Below are positions 30,826-31,097 of a stretch of DNA of 31,097 nucleotides, piece after piece; position 1 is the stretch's first letter, and each line of letters begins with the position of its first letter. The notes under the pieces are model-generated. The model was not told where the DNA came from, made no database searches, and saw nothing but the letters and a program-made list of their open reading frames with translations. The stretch covers positions 441,660 to 472,756 of the forward strand of contig NIVC01000639.1 of the NCBI GenBank assembly GCA_002269645.1, given 5' to 3'. Source of the stretch: Macrostomum lignano (lineage: Eukaryota). The position numbers were made by a program, and so were the translations under genes.

Positions 30826-31097
30826 TATTCAACTGCCGGTTCTCGGCGAGTCGAACAGCCCGAGTCGTTCAGCGTTCGCCTTTCCCAGAAAGTTGTTGGG
30901 GTCACCCGGGTACCACAGCCGGGCGTCGATCTCGATGGCGCAGTCGTCCAGTGCCAGCCTCCGTCGGGCTCGGGGCTCCCCGGGCTCTGGTAGCCGCCCA
31001 GCCAGAACAGGTCGTCGGCAGCGGCGGAGATCCCCACCAGGTGGCTCAGCTCCGCCATGTCCGTCACGTCTGCCATGATGGTGAGTCCGGGCTCGGA
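30825..31097 (-). CDS. C-type lectin domain, 3' part (runs off the window; frame-disrupted)
   Basis: LFWLGGYQSPGSPEPDGGWHWT / (shift near 30945) CAIEIDARLWYPGDPNNFLGK / (gap near 30880) LNDSGCSTRREPAVE*. These match the CTLD hallmarks WIG-like FWLG, WxW, W.PG.PNN and xND.C. Confidence 0.8.
   Translation of the reverse strand, partial: SEPGLTIMADVTDMAELSHLVGISAAADDLFWLGGYQSPGSPEPDGGWHWTTAPSRSTPGCGTRVTPTTFWERRTLNDSGCSTRREPAVE

Noticed and set aside
30433-31078. ORFs 30433-30993 and 30524-31078 (+) with repeated KWCCQS peptides
   Set aside because: They are translations of the tandem array plus the antisense strand of the lectin exon; frames switch at the 36-nt units.

Overview
This is eukaryotic (metazoan) genomic DNA, not a prokaryotic locus. 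It has spliceosomal GT-AG introns of about 55-900 nt (one of 3.3 kb), GC3-rich exons, AT-rich spacers and nested transposons. The style is compatible with a free-living flatworm such as Macrostomum, which is an unverified inference. From left to right: (1) a decayed Ty3/gypsy pol on the minus strand (about 110-2056); (2) copy A of a ~3.4 kb segmental duplication (2301-5683) carrying a 3-exon secreted PAN/Apple + Ser/Thr linker + LamG-like gene with three 1-nt lesions and a THAP relic; (3) a ~7 kb transposon nest containing a 5'-truncated RNase H-type LINE with a 14-bp TSD, two related solo LTRs in opposite orientation (one holding a 56-bp tandem array), Helitron-like 3' ends and a degenerate minisatellite; (4) duplication copy B (12907-16466) with the intact 389-aa PAN-LamG gene; (5) a compact 11-exon plakin-family gene (+) whose SH3-splitting 3.3-kb intron hosts an antisense phospholipase B1-like gene; (6) a coiled-coil protein with a Gly/Ala hydrophobic hairpin (alpha-pore-forming-toxin-like layout), preceded by a decayed paralogue that has lost the hairpin; (7) a 37-bp tandem array abutting the stop codon of a C-type lectin exon at the right edge. 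There is no CRISPR array, rRNA or complete tRNA. Several otherwise intact genes carry single-base deletions, so some apparent pseudogenes may be assembly errors. All domain calls come from motifs recognised by eye; no searches were run.
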